Positions 39,701 through 49,307 of a stretch of 57,323 nt of DNA are shown piece by piece (positions within the stretch are counted from its first letter, which is position 1; the number at the start of each line of letters is the position of its first letter). The position numbers and the translations under genes were made by a program. This DNA comes from a virus (Duplodnaviria > Caudoviricetes), in IMG/VR virus record IMGVR_UViG_3300042295_002426, positions 1 to 57,323 of that record; one strand, given 5' to 3'. Below the pieces are notes generated by a model. It saw only the letters and a program-made list of their open reading frames with translations. It ran no database searches and was not told the DNA's origin.

Positions 39701-42700
39701 CGCGGGCTCGATGTCCCAGACGAGCCGATCCTGGTTCGCGAAATCATCGACTTCACCCAGGGCGACGCGCGGAGTTTCGTGGTGGAGTCCAATCCGAAGC
39801 GGGGCGGAATGCTCGCGGAGTCCGTTTCCGAACAGGCCCTCCTCGACTCCGAGACCATCGGCGACGAGGTCCTCGCCAATCTCACCTTCACGGCGGATGG
39901 AAACCTTTCGGCCGGATCACTCGCTGCGGTGGCGTCGAAACTGGAAGAGGCGAACCGCGGGATCACGCGCACGCTCTCGGGTCAGTTCGACCGCTCCGAG
40001 GCTGGCCGCCGGGTCATGGCCGCGTTCCTTTCTCGGCTCGTCTCAAAGGCCGGGCGAGACGCCTCCGATGTCGCGTCGATCCTCGAATCCGATGGCGGCA
40101 AGCGCGCGGTGTCGGCGATCGCCCAGGCGGCTCCGCGACTCTCGAAACTCGATAACGATCTCTCGCTCGCATCGCCCATCGTGGAGTCGCTCTTGGAATT
40201 CAAATCCGGTCTCAGTGCGGTTTCAAAGGGAGAGTTTGCCAACGTAAGCGACTGGTTTGAGAACCGGACCAGTGAGCTGCTCGCGGCCAATCTCGATCCC
40301 GTCTCGCGAGAGATCCTCAAGGAAATGGCCGGGTCGGTGACTTCCGGGGCGGCCATGAGAGACCTCCTCGCCGAATATCTCGTGGACGCCGAGGCGGAAC
40401 AAAAGGAGCGTGACAGCGCATCTTCAACAGGTGATATTTTCGGTGATGAGCGAGCCAATCAAGCCCCCGAAGACATCTTCCGAAAGCTCGGTAGGATCAA
40501 AGGCCCGGACCCCGGTGTCGGCTCTGGAACTGTTGAGGCGAGCCAGCGCGAGACTGGAGGCCAAACGGAAGGCAGGCCAACCACCGGCCCAGCTGTAGGC
40601 CCGGAGGCCGAAGGCCAACTCATCCCCGAGGGCGAGATGCCCTTCAACCTCTCCGGCGAGACCATCGTCGAACCGCCGCCGGTCGAGCCCGAGGATACCC
40701 GCACCGATGCCGAGCAGGATGCGGACAGCGGACAGGGCCGCCTCTTTGAGGATCGCATCACCACGCCGCCACTCCGGCCGCGACAGGACCGGCTGGGCCG
40801 GTTGGGCCGGTTGGTCGATGGGTTCTCGGCGCGTCATCCCGAGAAACGCCCCGAGACGCCTCCTGCCCGCAACGAGGCGCAAGAGGAGCACCTGCGTGCC
40901 ATCAAGGCCGGAGTCGAGGAATACTTCGGCGGCGACGTCCCCGCCGGTGTTCGCGTTGTGTGGGATCCCGCGGCGGTTTGGGATGCCCAGTTCCACCGCG
41001 CGATGCGAATCATCGAGGCCAACGCGGCACTGATTAGGCGCGGCGAGATTTCGTTCAAGCTGGACCATGAGATTGGTCACCTCCTTTTCTCGGACAAACA
41101 GTTCGCAGCAGACTTTGAGACGCTCTGGAAGTCGCTCCCGAAAACCGTGCAAGATCGGATCAGCCGCGGCGTCCAGGGTCATGTCGAGCGGGGATACTAC
41201 GCCGAGGACGAGGCCTTTGAGGAAACCCGTGTCAGGGCTCTCGAACACATCCGCAGGGCGGCCTCCAGCGAAAATGCCGACCCTGCGATGAAGCGTGCGT
41301 GGCGCCGGTTTGTCCGCGCCGTGATCCGTGCGTTCAATCGTCTCACCGGCCGCAAGCCGGTCGACCCGCAGCGTCTCGCCGCGGCCATGATCGAGATCGG
41401 TGTCGCGAGGATGCGTGGCGATTCGGGCAGCGCCGGTGTCGGTAGTATGTCTTCCGTTGTCGAGTTCGAGACGTTCAAGGATTGGGCGCTTCGCGAAATC
41501 GCTGACAATCAGTTCCTCCAGGAGGACGCGGGGCGTCTCTGGGTGGCGTCCGATGTGCGGGGCAACGTCAACGAGGTCTTCGGTTCGTTCGCAGATGCCG
41601 ACGAATACTTCCGGACGATGTCAGGGAAAGGCGAGTTTCTCTGGGATGTGACCGAATCCTACGAGCGAATGGTGGGCGGGATCCCTGCTCGAAAGCCGGA
41701 TGGACCGATCAAGGCAAGCGAGGCGAAGCAGGCTTTCTATGGGCTCGAGCCCATGCCTGGCGAAACGCCAAGCGAGGCCGGAAACCTCCCGCAACTCACG
41801 CCGATGGGCAGGCCCGTCACTCCGGCGGTGTTGCCGGACCATGCGCTCCGCTACGGCTTGCCTTCTGATGAGGATTCCGGCCGCGATGCCACCCCCATGC
41901 GTCGCGTCCCGAATCCGGGTAAGCCCTACCGGCCGGGGCAAGCGATCTTCTCGATTCGTGAGGCGGGCGAAGTCGGATGGGAAGACCGGGCGCAACGGTT
42001 GATGCGGCGCATCGATCAGATGTATGCGACCGGCCGGGTCGAAGAGGTCGAAGATCTCGAAGCTGAACTGGAAGCCATCCTTGAGCGAGCGGACACCGAT
42101 CTCGACGGGATGGACGAGGGCGACGACGCCGACCAGGTGAGGGAAATGCAGACCAGCGACCTGTCGGAGTTTGATTCCGCGCCGCCGGATCCCGAGGCGC
42201 AGCTGGTGCAGTTCTGGCTCCAGTGGAACGGTCAAGGCGGGCCGTCGTACATGAGGGAATTGGCGAGGCGAGATAACGCCACCTTCGGCCAATATGTCCG
42301 GAACTCCCTTGGTGATTCCGCCTACGTCCTCAATGATGGAGTCACCGACGAACAGATCGAAGAAGCCGCCGAAGAGGCCTTCGCCAACTACGAGCGAAGG
42401 AGGAACGCGATGCTTCGCGCACTTGAGCGTCGCCGTAGCATCTCATCGATCGCCGCGGATGACCCAGGCCAGACCACGCCTGAACCACCGCTCTCCATCG
42501 ACGGTCCGATCGAATCGGACATCGACGCCGCGGCCGAGGCCCTAGCCAATCTGGAGTCGGCCTTCCGGGTTTCCTTCTTGGTGGGCGACTTCGACGGGGC
42601 GGCATCCGCGATGGACTCCGCGAACGTCGAGACCTTTACGGCCTTTGCCGAGAAGCTGATCCGGTTGGCCGCGGCCGGTGACCCAAGCGCCGAAGGAATG

Positions 42701-45700
42701 CTGGAGTGGATCGAGGCGATCAACTCCGGGACGCGCGTGGACACCGACATCGATCCGGAGCTCGAGGATCTGATCCGCAAGATGCGTGAGCGGTTCCCCA
42801 ATCGACGACGCAGGGGTAGGGCCGACCATCTCCAGAAGTTCCACTCTCCGGACGCATTCGCCGCCGCGTTTGCCGCGTTCGTGGCCGCGGGCGACTTCCA
42901 GAGCGCCTACGAGGCCGTGCGCGACACGGATGACAGCATCCGCATCCCGGTGATGAAGCGGTTCCTCAAGGCGGCCAAGGGCGGTGATCCGGTGGCGAAG
43001 AAGAACTACGAGTGGATGAGTCACATCTTCAATGGCACGACGCCACCTGGAGTCTCTCAGCCCGGTGCCGGAACCTCCGCACCTCCTCCGGGGAGCGCCC
43101 CGCCACCCGGGTCGTCAACCCCGCCACCGGGAGCTTCGGCGCCTCCGCCAAGTGCGCCTCCGCCGGTCGCGCCGAAGACGCCGCCTCCCCGGCCCAGTGG
43201 AGTCGAGAAGCTGAACATTCCCGCCCTGGTGTTCCTCGCCAAGCGCATGGGGACCACGCCGATCGTGAGACGGTTCCGGGCACGGGGGATGTATCAAACG
43301 ACCAACCCACGCGGCCAGCGCCAGGACAATCCGAAGATCTTCGTGAACGAGTTCCTCGCGAAGGAGGACTGGCAACAAGCGGCGCGGACCCTCGCCCACG
43401 AGATCGGTCACTTCATCGACTACATCATCGCCGCTGTCCCAAGCGCAGACATCGTCAAGAGCCTCATCCCGCTGCAAGCCGAGCGGGACCAGTTCATCGA
43501 GGACATCTTCGGTGTCGGGACGGCCTACACTGCGGCGCGGAAATACATGATGGAGGAGGCTGTCGCGCTTTCGAAACGGATGCGCGGAGACTTTTCGCCG
43601 TCGGACTCCTACCGGATGTCGGCGGCTGAGCTCTACGCCGATTTTCTCTCGGCGGTGATGATCGACCCGGATCTGGCGTTCGACGTCGCCCCGCTGATTT
43701 CGCACGCCTGGTTCGCCCACCTCAACCAGAAGCCGGAGGCGGAATCAGCGTGGAACCTGATCCAAAACCTCATCAAGGGGGACGGGCTCCACGATGCGAT
43801 CAGGAGCGGCCGCGTCACCGAGCAACGCGCCGCCATGACCGAAGTGCGGAACCGGGCGGACAGACGCAGCGCCCTCCACGCCGGCTGGAAGAAATTCCGC
43901 AACGGTCTCGCGGGGGCCCTCTGGAGCCGTTACCTCCCGGCTGCCGCCAAGGGCGCGAGCAGTTCCGGTCGATGGGAGTTCACCAACCGGTGGTGGAAGG
44001 CGGTGACCCAACCGAACGAGAACGACTTCCTCGCGCGGATGGAAGGCGCGGAGATCGAAGCCTCCCAGCGGGGGAGCGTCCTGCGGATCAAGATGCAGCG
44101 CGACGTCTACGACCCGCTGATGCGGCACGGCATCGACACGGCGCAACTCGACGAATACCTCACCTTCTTCCAGATCCTCAACGAGGACACCGCGACCCGG
44201 CAATACCTCAACGCGAATCCTGACGAGTTCCGCGAATTCCTCCTCTGGCTCGACGACACCGTCTCGCTGTCGCGCGAGGCAGAGATTCAGGGCGCGGCGG
44301 ATGCTGACTTGGATGAAATCGGAGCGACCATGGTGGGGCACATCCAGCTCCACGATCTGTTCGATACGGTGTATGCGGCGGCGCAGAGTATCGATGCCCC
44401 GGACATCGCGGAGCTGGGCCTCTTTGCCTTCGACATCGCCCGCTACCAGTGGAACCAGGACGGGCACACTCCCGAAACCGCCCAGCAGGGCATGGAATTC
44501 CTCCGCCGCGAACTGGGCGACGAACGCTTCAAGGTGCTTCGCGATGCGTCGAAGGCGTTCCATCAGAACCTTGCCGGGATCGTCCGCGAGGCGAATTCCG
44601 TGGGGCTCTTCAGCGACCGGATCTGGAACGAGAAGATCAAGACCAACCTCGGCAACTACGTGCCCCGAATGGTGCTGGAGTATTTCACCGGCGAGATGTC
44701 GGCCTCGATCAAGCAACGGCGCGGCAGCGTGAAGGCGACCTTGCCCAAGCAACTCGCGGGCGAAGGCCAGGCGATGGTGCTGCTCCACAAGATCGCCAAG
44801 CAGAAGCAGATACTGATGATCCTGGAACAGGCTGCCGACCTCGGGTGGAACAAGGAGATCCGGCGGATCAACATCCCCAAGGGAAAAAATGTCGAGGCGC
44901 TCGCCAAGAAAATGGCGAGGGAGGAAGGCAAGGGACTGCGCGGCTACTGGGTGAAGGGCAAGTGGCGGTGGCTCGAGTTCGATGACATCGACGTGGTGCG
45001 GTGGATGGACTCCGCCTCCCCCACTGATCTGAAGTTTCTCTACGACATCGCCAAGGCGAACGAGAGCTTCTGGCGTCTCTCGACGACCGTGCTCAATGCC
45101 TCCTTCGCGCTCTACAACAACTGGGCGAGGACGGTCGCCGGGTTGCCGATGGACTATGGGCCGAGGGCGGTCGCGCACACGATCCGCCAGATCCCGGAAG
45201 CGGTGAACTGGGCCAAGGCGAGCCTGGGCCGCGCCGCGCCCTCTGACCGTGTCCTCGATCTGGTCGAGCGCGGCGTGCTGCCGGCCTTTGGCCAATACAC
45301 CGCCGGAGACCTGCTGCTCTCGCACGACGACCTCATCGACCAGATCTCCTCCGGCCTCGTCGGCATCGACGCGCTTCGTCGCGGTTCCCGTGCTTTCGGG
45401 CCCCTCGAAAAAGTGGCGAACCTGCCAGGGCTCCGACAGGTCATCGAGTTTCTGGGGATGTTCACCGGCACGGCCGAAGCCCTACCGAAGCTCGCGGTCG
45501 AGTCCCTCCTCGAAAAGCGCGGACTGCCGCAGTGGGAGCGGGATCGTCTCGCCCGGATGGAGGGCATCCCCAACACCGGCCTCTCGGCCGGGAAATACGG
45601 ATCCTATGCCGGACTGCTCTCCCTGTTTTACCGGGTCTGGGCACAGGGCACGCGCCGCATGATGACCTTGCCTTTCAATCCCAGAACGCGGGGAGCCTGG

Positions 45701-46738
45701 TGGATGGGCAACCTCCTCGGCTACGGCGCCATCAAAGCCTTCTACTCGGCAGCCGCGGCGGGGATCCTCGACGCCATGATGGGTGGAGGCGAAGACGAGG
45801 AAAAGCAGGTCGATTGGCAGGAGGCTTACACCCGAGTCTCGCCCTACAAGATCCGCATGGCCGACGCCTTTTTCCTGGGGTGGGTGCTCCCGGACGGATC
45901 CTACGAGCCGCCCTACGGCCACACCTCCATCCCAGGGAACTGGACGCCGATGATGTGGCGAATCCCCTACACGGAATCGGGTCGATTGACGGCCCCCTTG
46001 GCTTCGCTCTGGACGAGTCTGGCGATGCCGAGCAGCCCCTTGCGGCCGCGGAACTGGAGGGAGGGCATGCGCGTGGTCCGCGATGTGGCCCAGAACTCGA
46101 TCCTGCCAAGTGCCAACCCGGTTTTCGAAAACGGCGGATACGCCCTCTCGATCTTTAACCCGAGATCACCCTACGACGCCTATTCCGGCCGCGATGTCGT
46201 GCCGGAGGACGAGTGGGACGCTGGCATCCCTTCGCGTGCCTGGGGCATCACCCGGCACCTCCTCGAAGAGACTCCGGCCCGGAACGTGGTCCCTGCGGTG
46301 AAGCAGGGAATCCGCAACGAAAACGCGCTGCCACCCTGGGCCAGAGCGGTCATGAGCATCCCCGGAGCCTCCGCGGCGATCTCCTTCGACAACAGTCCGA
46401 TGGCCGCCGACTACATGGACCGCATCGAGGAGCGGGACTCCGTGAACCGCGAAGCGCGGCGACTCCGGGGACCGAAGGCGATGGAGGCGGTTTCCCTGCG
46501 ATCCCGGCTCAACCGGATCCCTTCGGAAAAGCGGACGCCGGATGAGCAGGCCAAGATCGAAGTCCTCAACGCCTGGTATCGGGAAGCCTACCTCGGCTCT
46601 GATCTCTATCCCGGCCTCTTCCGGGAACTCCAGGCCGCGGCAAGCGGGATGGAGGGAATTGATGAGAAAGCAGCGAAGAAGGCGCTGGAGGAGACGGCAA
46701 GCGAGGTGCTGCGGGAGATTGGCGGGGTGGGGAGGTGA
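36785..46738 (+). CDS. Giant polyvalent internal virion protein (ddrB-ParB-like domain, two HEIGH zincin motifs)
   Basis: 3317 aa; GAPAV..VLAGNGR..PILVRE at ~39400-39850; HEIGH at ~41066 and ~43397; Pro-rich linkers. Confidence 0.8.
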   Translation: MGNFFEDFIFSAKNGHIYLGDYGEWTPEEIIDGSWLKQFRPSPKPSVAPAPKAKPGDTESAKGAQPSPSTPAPEAPPPDPSPEPAVATPAPMPTLDAVIDHGQKAGKSPEEIAEAAKKWRDKARTWGEENFRETDPNKWFAGNRKLDARIRDELAAIQGREATERIATEIRDPGDRQRFAEQYSQSNGDLNAFEEGSPARSLAEILNQEVFQSPKFTLRGGGSGPMPFSTEAGVPLGDFETQIRPEGDLDVVIRVDDEEKGSVRKAITIPEITDEDIEAARRKAEEEATQLRQIERTTNQGLRDDLADEPVQRGYDVGYQGNLKLRKEKAERAAETARLKAGQSESRANVLADPGRGRLLLLREQVEEQIKADKDLKKVVGDVALGEDFWRGVQQTHLGARMAVADATGNEEEKTKVRELIGDLSQIYPGSTNLQFRGGAGAFASDASMVLGGMLPTMMVSLGTGGAAAVSGAAVGGLTRTAALSPIGLSAYGNAYATMLNEADALDEIGRREEAAQRRKDARVYALAQAGVEVGTELIFKEEMFRVGGKGFFSKVGAGAAQNTVEELLAATGNAELDREFRDELPKEGQIARETLLGTVVGGLMQVPGGAVEVFLPKPQPGTPAGNATPPPGTSPGATPPPSSAPPPGATPPPSSPPPGTAPPPPATSSPPSSAPPPDTTPSAPPPGTQLTVPGDAALYQIGGRSFAWTRWGWFDRDANKLIDPLAELGLVVQLDEARRRLNSGEQPVSPEVTLNPGETPRILSIDGNRFFMIDPAGRGWLEVFPATGKPSQLVNFALEGSSGVETLRRLQAKVAELRGETPADPNETPDPPVEPTPPVETPSNESDPAPEIPERPADGTVSSGKPNGAKARFRWRIVSRSDIEAMVVRDIEEAQTRQRKGNVASDEQRERMATGLDPDLVMESPVSSMGAPAVFEGKVLAGNGRADGISEAYRRGLAADYEARIRAFATERGLDVPDEPILVREIIDFTQGDARSFVVESNPKRGGMLAESVSEQALLDSETIGDEVLANLTFTADGNLSAGSLAAVASKLEEANRGITRTLSGQFDRSEAGRRVMAAFLSRLVSKAGRDASDVASILESDGGKRAVSAIAQAAPRLSKLDNDLSLASPIVESLLEFKSGLSAVSKGEFANVSDWFENRTSELLAANLDPVSREILKEMAGSVTSGAAMRDLLAEYLVDAEAEQKERDSASSTGDIFGDERANQAPEDIFRKLGRIKGPDPGVGSGTVEASQRETGGQTEGRPTTGPAVGPEAEGQLIPEGEMPFNLSGETIVEPPPVEPEDTRTDAEQDADSGQGRLFEDRITTPPLRPRQDRLGRLGRLVDGFSARHPEKRPETPPARNEAQEEHLRAIKAGVEEYFGGDVPAGVRVVWDPAAVWDAQFHRAMRIIEANAALIRRGEISFKLDHEIGHLLFSDKQFAADFETLWKSLPKTVQDRISRGVQGHVERGYYAEDEAFEETRVRALEHIRRAASSENADPAMKRAWRRFVRAVIRAFNRLTGRKPVDPQRLAAAMIEIGVARMRGDSGSAGVGSMSSVVEFETFKDWALREIADNQFLQEDAGRLWVASDVRGNVNEVFGSFADADEYFRTMSGKGEFLWDVTESYERMVGGIPARKPDGPIKASEAKQAFYGLEPMPGETPSEAGNLPQLTPMGRPVTPAVLPDHALRYGLPSDEDSGRDATPMRRVPNPGKPYRPGQAIFSIREAGEVGWEDRAQRLMRRIDQMYATGRVEEVEDLEAELEAILERADTDLDGMDEGDDADQVREMQTSDLSEFDSAPPDPEAQLVQFWLQWNGQGGPSYMRELARRDNATFGQYVRNSLGDSAYVLNDGVTDEQIEEAAEEAFANYERRRNAMLRALERRRSISSIAADDPGQTTPEPPLSIDGPIESDIDAAAEALANLESAFRVSFLVGDFDGAASAMDSANVETFTAFAEKLIRLAAAGDPSAEGMLEWIEAINSGTRVDTDIDPELEDLIRKMRERFPNRRRRGRADHLQKFHSPDAFAAAFAAFVAAGDFQSAYEAVRDTDDSIRIPVMKRFLKAAKGGDPVAKKNYEWMSHIFNGTTPPGVSQPGAGTSAPPPGSAPPPGSSTPPPGASAPPPSAPPPVAPKTPPPRPSGVEKLNIPALVFLAKRMGTTPIVRRFRARGMYQTTNPRGQRQDNPKIFVNEFLAKEDWQQAARTLAHEIGHFIDYIIAAVPSADIVKSLIPLQAERDQFIEDIFGVGTAYTAARKYMMEEAVALSKRMRGDFSPSDSYRMSAAELYADFLSAVMIDPDLAFDVAPLISHAWFAHLNQKPEAESAWNLIQNLIKGDGLHDAIRSGRVTEQRAAMTEVRNRADRRSALHAGWKKFRNGLAGALWSRYLPAAAKGASSSGRWEFTNRWWKAVTQPNENDFLARMEGAEIEASQRGSVLRIKMQRDVYDPLMRHGIDTAQLDEYLTFFQILNEDTATRQYLNANPDEFREFLLWLDDTVSLSREAEIQGAADADLDEIGATMVGHIQLHDLFDTVYAAAQSIDAPDIAELGLFAFDIARYQWNQDGHTPETAQQGMEFLRRELGDERFKVLRDASKAFHQNLAGIVREANSVGLFSDRIWNEKIKTNLGNYVPRMVLEYFTGEMSASIKQRRGSVKATLPKQLAGEGQAMVLLHKIAKQKQILMILEQAADLGWNKEIRRINIPKGKNVEALAKKMAREEGKGLRGYWVKGKWRWLEFDDIDVVRWMDSASPTDLKFLYDIAKANESFWRLSTTVLNASFALYNNWARTVAGLPMDYGPRAVAHTIRQIPEAVNWAKASLGRAAPSDRVLDLVERGVLPAFGQYTAGDLLLSHDDLIDQISSGLVGIDALRRGSRAFGPLEKVANLPGLRQVIEFLGMFTGTAEALPKLAVESLLEKRGLPQWERDRLARMEGIPNTGLSAGKYGSYAGLLSLFYRVWAQGTRRMMTLPFNPRTRGAWWMGNLLGYGAIKAFYSAAAAGILDAMMGGGEDEEKQVDWQEAYTRVSPYKIRMADAFFLGWVLPDGSYEPPYGHTSIPGNWTPMMWRIPYTESGRLTAPLASLWTSLAMPSSPLRPRNWREGMRVVRDVAQNSILPSANPVFENGGYALSIFNPRSPYDAYSGRDVVPEDEWDAGIPSRAWGITRHLLEETPARNVVPAVKQGIRNENALPPWARAVMSIPGASAAISFDNSPMAADYMDRIEERDSVNREARRLRGPKAMEAVSLRSRLNRIPSEKRTPDEQAKIEVLNAWYREAYLGSDLYPGLFRELQAAASGMEGIDEKAAKKALEETASEVLREIGGVGR

Positions 46739-46784
46739 GGGGGTTCCGGGGAGGAAATGGCGCTTGACCTGAAAACCAATTTTT

Positions 46785-46880
46785 ACAGAACGTCAAAGGT
46801 GTGGCACGGCGGAGATTGAACGTCCAGAGCGAAGCGAACGAGAGACGTTGCCCGCCGTTGCCACCACTGTCTTGTTCGGC
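46785..46880 (-). repeat. attC site (distal, cassette 7)
   Basis: GCCGAAC-AAGACAGTGGTGGCAACGGCGG...CCGCCGTGCCACACCTTTGAC-GTTCTGT. Confidence 0.9.
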
Positions 46881-46887
46881 TTATTCA

Positions 46888-47322
46888 TTACCTCGGATCT
46901 GTCCTGTGAATTGATATTTCATTCGACAGGGCTGTTGCCGTCGCTTGTATGTAAATTCTCTTCTTTGATATCGTAATCGGGTGCTTCGAACTGAATTTGA
47001 GCAGATCCCAGTGTGAGAGTTCAAGAGTATAGCTACCTTCTGGGAGATCGAGTTCCAACGAATCTCCAATCTTCAGTTCTTTGGGAGTTCCTCCGTCCAC
47101 CGATATAGTGATTTTGCCACTTAGCGCATGCGTGACGCGACTTGAATTATTGATTACTACAAGATTAGGGCTCTCATAAGGAACTTCAATGACCTTCTGA
47201 GATTCTATGATCTTATTGCCATCGACCTTCGTCGTTGATTTAGAGGATGGCCTGAGGAAGAACGCAATCACGACAAGTGCTATTGCGCAAATGACGATTT
47301 TAGGATTAATGGACTTTTTCAT
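46888..47322 (-). CDS. Cassette 7 ORF: membrane-anchored beta-sandwich (PEGA-like) protein
   Basis: N-terminal TM; ISVDGG..LDLPEGSYTLEL. Confidence 0.75.
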   Translation of the reverse strand: MKKSINPKIVICAIALVVIAFFLRPSSKSTTKVDGNKIIESQKVIEVPYESPNLVVINNSSRVTHALSGKITISVDGGTPKELKIGDSLELDLPEGSYTLELSHWDLLKFSSKHPITISKKRIYIQATATALSNEISIHRTDPR

Positions 47323-47331
47323 AGATTCTTA

Positions 47332-47420
47332 GCCGAACGTCTAGCTCATCCACGGCGGGGAGGGAAGTCCGAAATCAAACGGGAACGTTATCCGCCGTTG
47401 GATGGAGCGTCTTGTTCTGC
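47332..47420 (-). repeat. attC site (cassette 6)
   Basis: GCAGAAC-AAGACGCTCCATCCAACGGCGG...CCGCCGTGGATGAGCTAGAC-GTTCGGC. Confidence 0.9.
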
Positions 47421-47461
47421 TAGAATGTGTTTTCGTATGGTGCAATCGATGGAGAAAAATG

Positions 47462-47923
47462 TTAGATGTCTTGATATGCTCTGAGTTCCGACGCCTTTGC
47501 ACTGAGACCCTCAATTCGCAGGTGCTCCTCATCATAGGACGTGTGTCGGATCGTGTTGAGGATCCACCCGTCAGATCCATTGCAATCATAGAGAACTTCC
47601 TGCAGAATTTCGAGGGCGAAATAGCTTAACGCCGCTTCCCGCAACTTGGGATCTTCTAGAATCTTATCTACGGAGGGCCAATCGCATTCCCTTAAAGCTA
47701 TTTCGAAGTCTAACCCATCATCAGGGAATTTCCTCGCATCTTCGACAAACTCTTCTAACTCCGCGTCTAGAACTCGTCTAAGACACGAATGAGGCAACGT
47801 AAGCTCGTAAGCAAGATCTCGGACACCTGGTGTCCGCCAATGTTGGTCGAAGTTCATGTGGCGAACCGCGACCTTCTGAAGGTCGCGGTTCACGCCGTCA
47901 ATTGTGATCGTCGCACTTGTCAT
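47462..47923 (-). CDS. Cassette 6 ORF: acidic cytoplasmic hypothetical protein
   Basis: ATG a few nt after the GTT core; no TM. Confidence 0.75.
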   Translation of the reverse strand: MTSATITIDGVNRDLQKVAVRHMNFDQHWRTPGVRDLAYELTLPHSCLRRVLDAELEEFVEDARKFPDDGLDFEIALRECDWPSVDKILEDPKLREAALSYFALEILQEVLYDCNGSDGWILNTIRHTSYDEEHLRIEGLSAKASELRAYQDI

Positions 47924-47928
47924 TTAGA

Positions 47929-48021
47929 GCAGAACGTCTCGGATCAGGCGACGGCGAGCGCAAGACGTTGCTGACACGACAAATCGCCTTCGAGCCGTTG
48001 CCTGCATCCGTTTTGTTCGGC
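47929..48021 (-). repeat. attC site (cassette 5)
   Basis: GCCGAAC-AAAACGGATGCAGGCAACGGC...GCCGTCGCCTGATCCGAGAC-GTTCTGC. Confidence 0.9.
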
Positions 48022-48038
48022 CTTGGTTGAGGCATAGG

Positions 48039-48569
48039 TTAAGTGTGACTGCTGACCAATGCTGCTCGGATAGCTTCTTGCCAAACTAAGTTCTGATTCA
48101 CAACAAACTTGTGAGTCTCGCCAGAGGTCAACGTGATCTGAAGTCCGTTCGGTATCATCCCGAGTGACTTTGTGGCCTCTACTTTGACAATGTCGGAAAG
48201 TAGCGCAGCCCATTCGTGATTCTGAATGTTCAGCTTGTGAGATCGAAAGAAAAGCCTGCCGGTGGTAAGCCAGAGGTAGCCACGAACTCCCTCGGCACCT
48301 TTGAAGTGGTTCGCGAGGCCCTCGTGGGTCACGTCTTCCCCGGCAAAATCAGGGCGATCAATCACGAAGCGCTTGGCCCGACCTTTAGCAAACCTAGCCA
48401 TTAGAACCCCGAAAATCACCCCTGCCAGCAACCCTCCGCTCATGCCCAGAATCCAATTGCCACTCTGGACAGAGAATACCACCCCCATCGGAAAGCCGTA
48501 GAGCAAGGCCGCGAGCCATTTGCTTCTGGCAGTGTTAGCGGGGGTTGAGGATGCTGGCTCGGTTGTCAT
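48039..48569 (-). CDS. Cassette 5 ORF: 2-TM + GRAM/PH-like domain protein
   Basis: EGLANHFKGAEGVRGYLWLTTGRLFFRSH..PNGLQI..FVVN. Confidence 0.75.
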   Translation of the reverse strand: MTTEPASSTPANTARSKWLAALLYGFPMGVVFSVQSGNWILGMSGGLLAGVIFGVLMARFAKGRAKRFVIDRPDFAGEDVTHEGLANHFKGAEGVRGYLWLTTGRLFFRSHKLNIQNHEWAALLSDIVKVEATKSLGMIPNGLQITLTSGETHKFVVNQNLVWQEAIRAALVSSHT

Positions 48570-48592
48570 TGGGCGGGTGACTTTGGTGCTTG

Positions 48593-48716
48593 GCCGAACG
48601 TAAAGCGCTGGCACCCGCTACCGGGAGCGCCCCTTCGATTCTGGCTGAGGTTTGTCACTACCGGCCGACTTCGACTCCGGAGCGGTAGCGGGTTGTCCAG
48701 GCGCGGCTTGTTCGGT
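48593..48716 (-). repeat. attC site (cassette 4, long type)
   Basis: ACCGAAC-AAGCCGCGCCTGGACAACCCGCTACCGCTCC...GCTCCCGGTAGCGGGTGCCAGCGCTTTAC-GTTCGGC. Confidence 0.9.
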
Positions 48717-49190
48717 CAATTTTCTCGCCTGAAGGATCCCGCTCGAAATAGCCTTACGCTGCGCTTCCGTGAATTCAAGCAGCTCTCTTTTGTATCCACC
48801 CTTTACCGGAATTTCCTTCGATACCGATAATTTCGAGAGATCGTCCAGTGAAAAAAAGCAAATATACCCGCCATTCTTTTCGGTCATGAACTCCATATTT
48901 AAGTAAGGATCCCCCTCGTGCCACCAAGCTGCAAACATCCGAATATTTGATTCCTTGGCTTGCGACTTTAGGATTTCTATCAAAAAATCAGGAAACTTGA
49001 AGCTCTGGCCTCCTACCGTAAGAACATACTTTTCCTTGTCAAAATGAGCAGGGTTATATGCATCAGGCAATCCTACCAGGTCTCCATCATTGAGAAATAT
49101 CTCCTTATCGAGGTGCGCTTGAACGTTGCTGGCTCCAAATAGCAATATCGCTGAAAGAAGGGCCAGTTTACTAAAAACTCGTGAATTCAT
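48618..49190 (-). CDS. Cassette 4 ORF: secreted hypothetical protein
   Basis: Signal peptide ending VQA; C-terminus reads through the attC (EQAAPGQPATAPESK). Confidence 0.75.
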   Translation of the reverse strand: MNSRVFSKLALLSAILLFGASNVQAHLDKEIFLNDGDLVGLPDAYNPAHFDKEKYVLTVGGQSFKFPDFLIEILKSQAKESNIRMFAAWWHEGDPYLNMEFMTEKNGGYICFFSLDDLSKLSVSKEIPVKGGYKRELLEFTEAQRKAISSGILQARKLTEQAAPGQPATAPESKSAGSDKPQPESKGRSR

Positions 49191-49212
49191 GATAATGAGT
49201 GTGCAGTCTTTC

Positions 49213-49307
49213 CCCGAACGTTTGAGTGCTTCTACGGGCGCGGTTGAGTGGAGATTGAAGTGAAATTGAAAAGCTTATGGCCCGTTAGGAGGCACGACTT
49301 GTTCTGC
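49213..49307 (-). repeat. attC site (cassette 3)
   Basis: GCAGAAC-AAGTCGTGCCTCCTAACGGGCC...GCCCGTAGAAGCACTCAAAC-GTTCGGG. Confidence 0.88.

Noticed and set aside
36785-46738. Virion RNA polymerase or tape measure protein
   Set aside because: No DxDGD or T7-type polymerase motifs recognised and no tape-measure periodicity; the domain mix fits a polyvalent protein.
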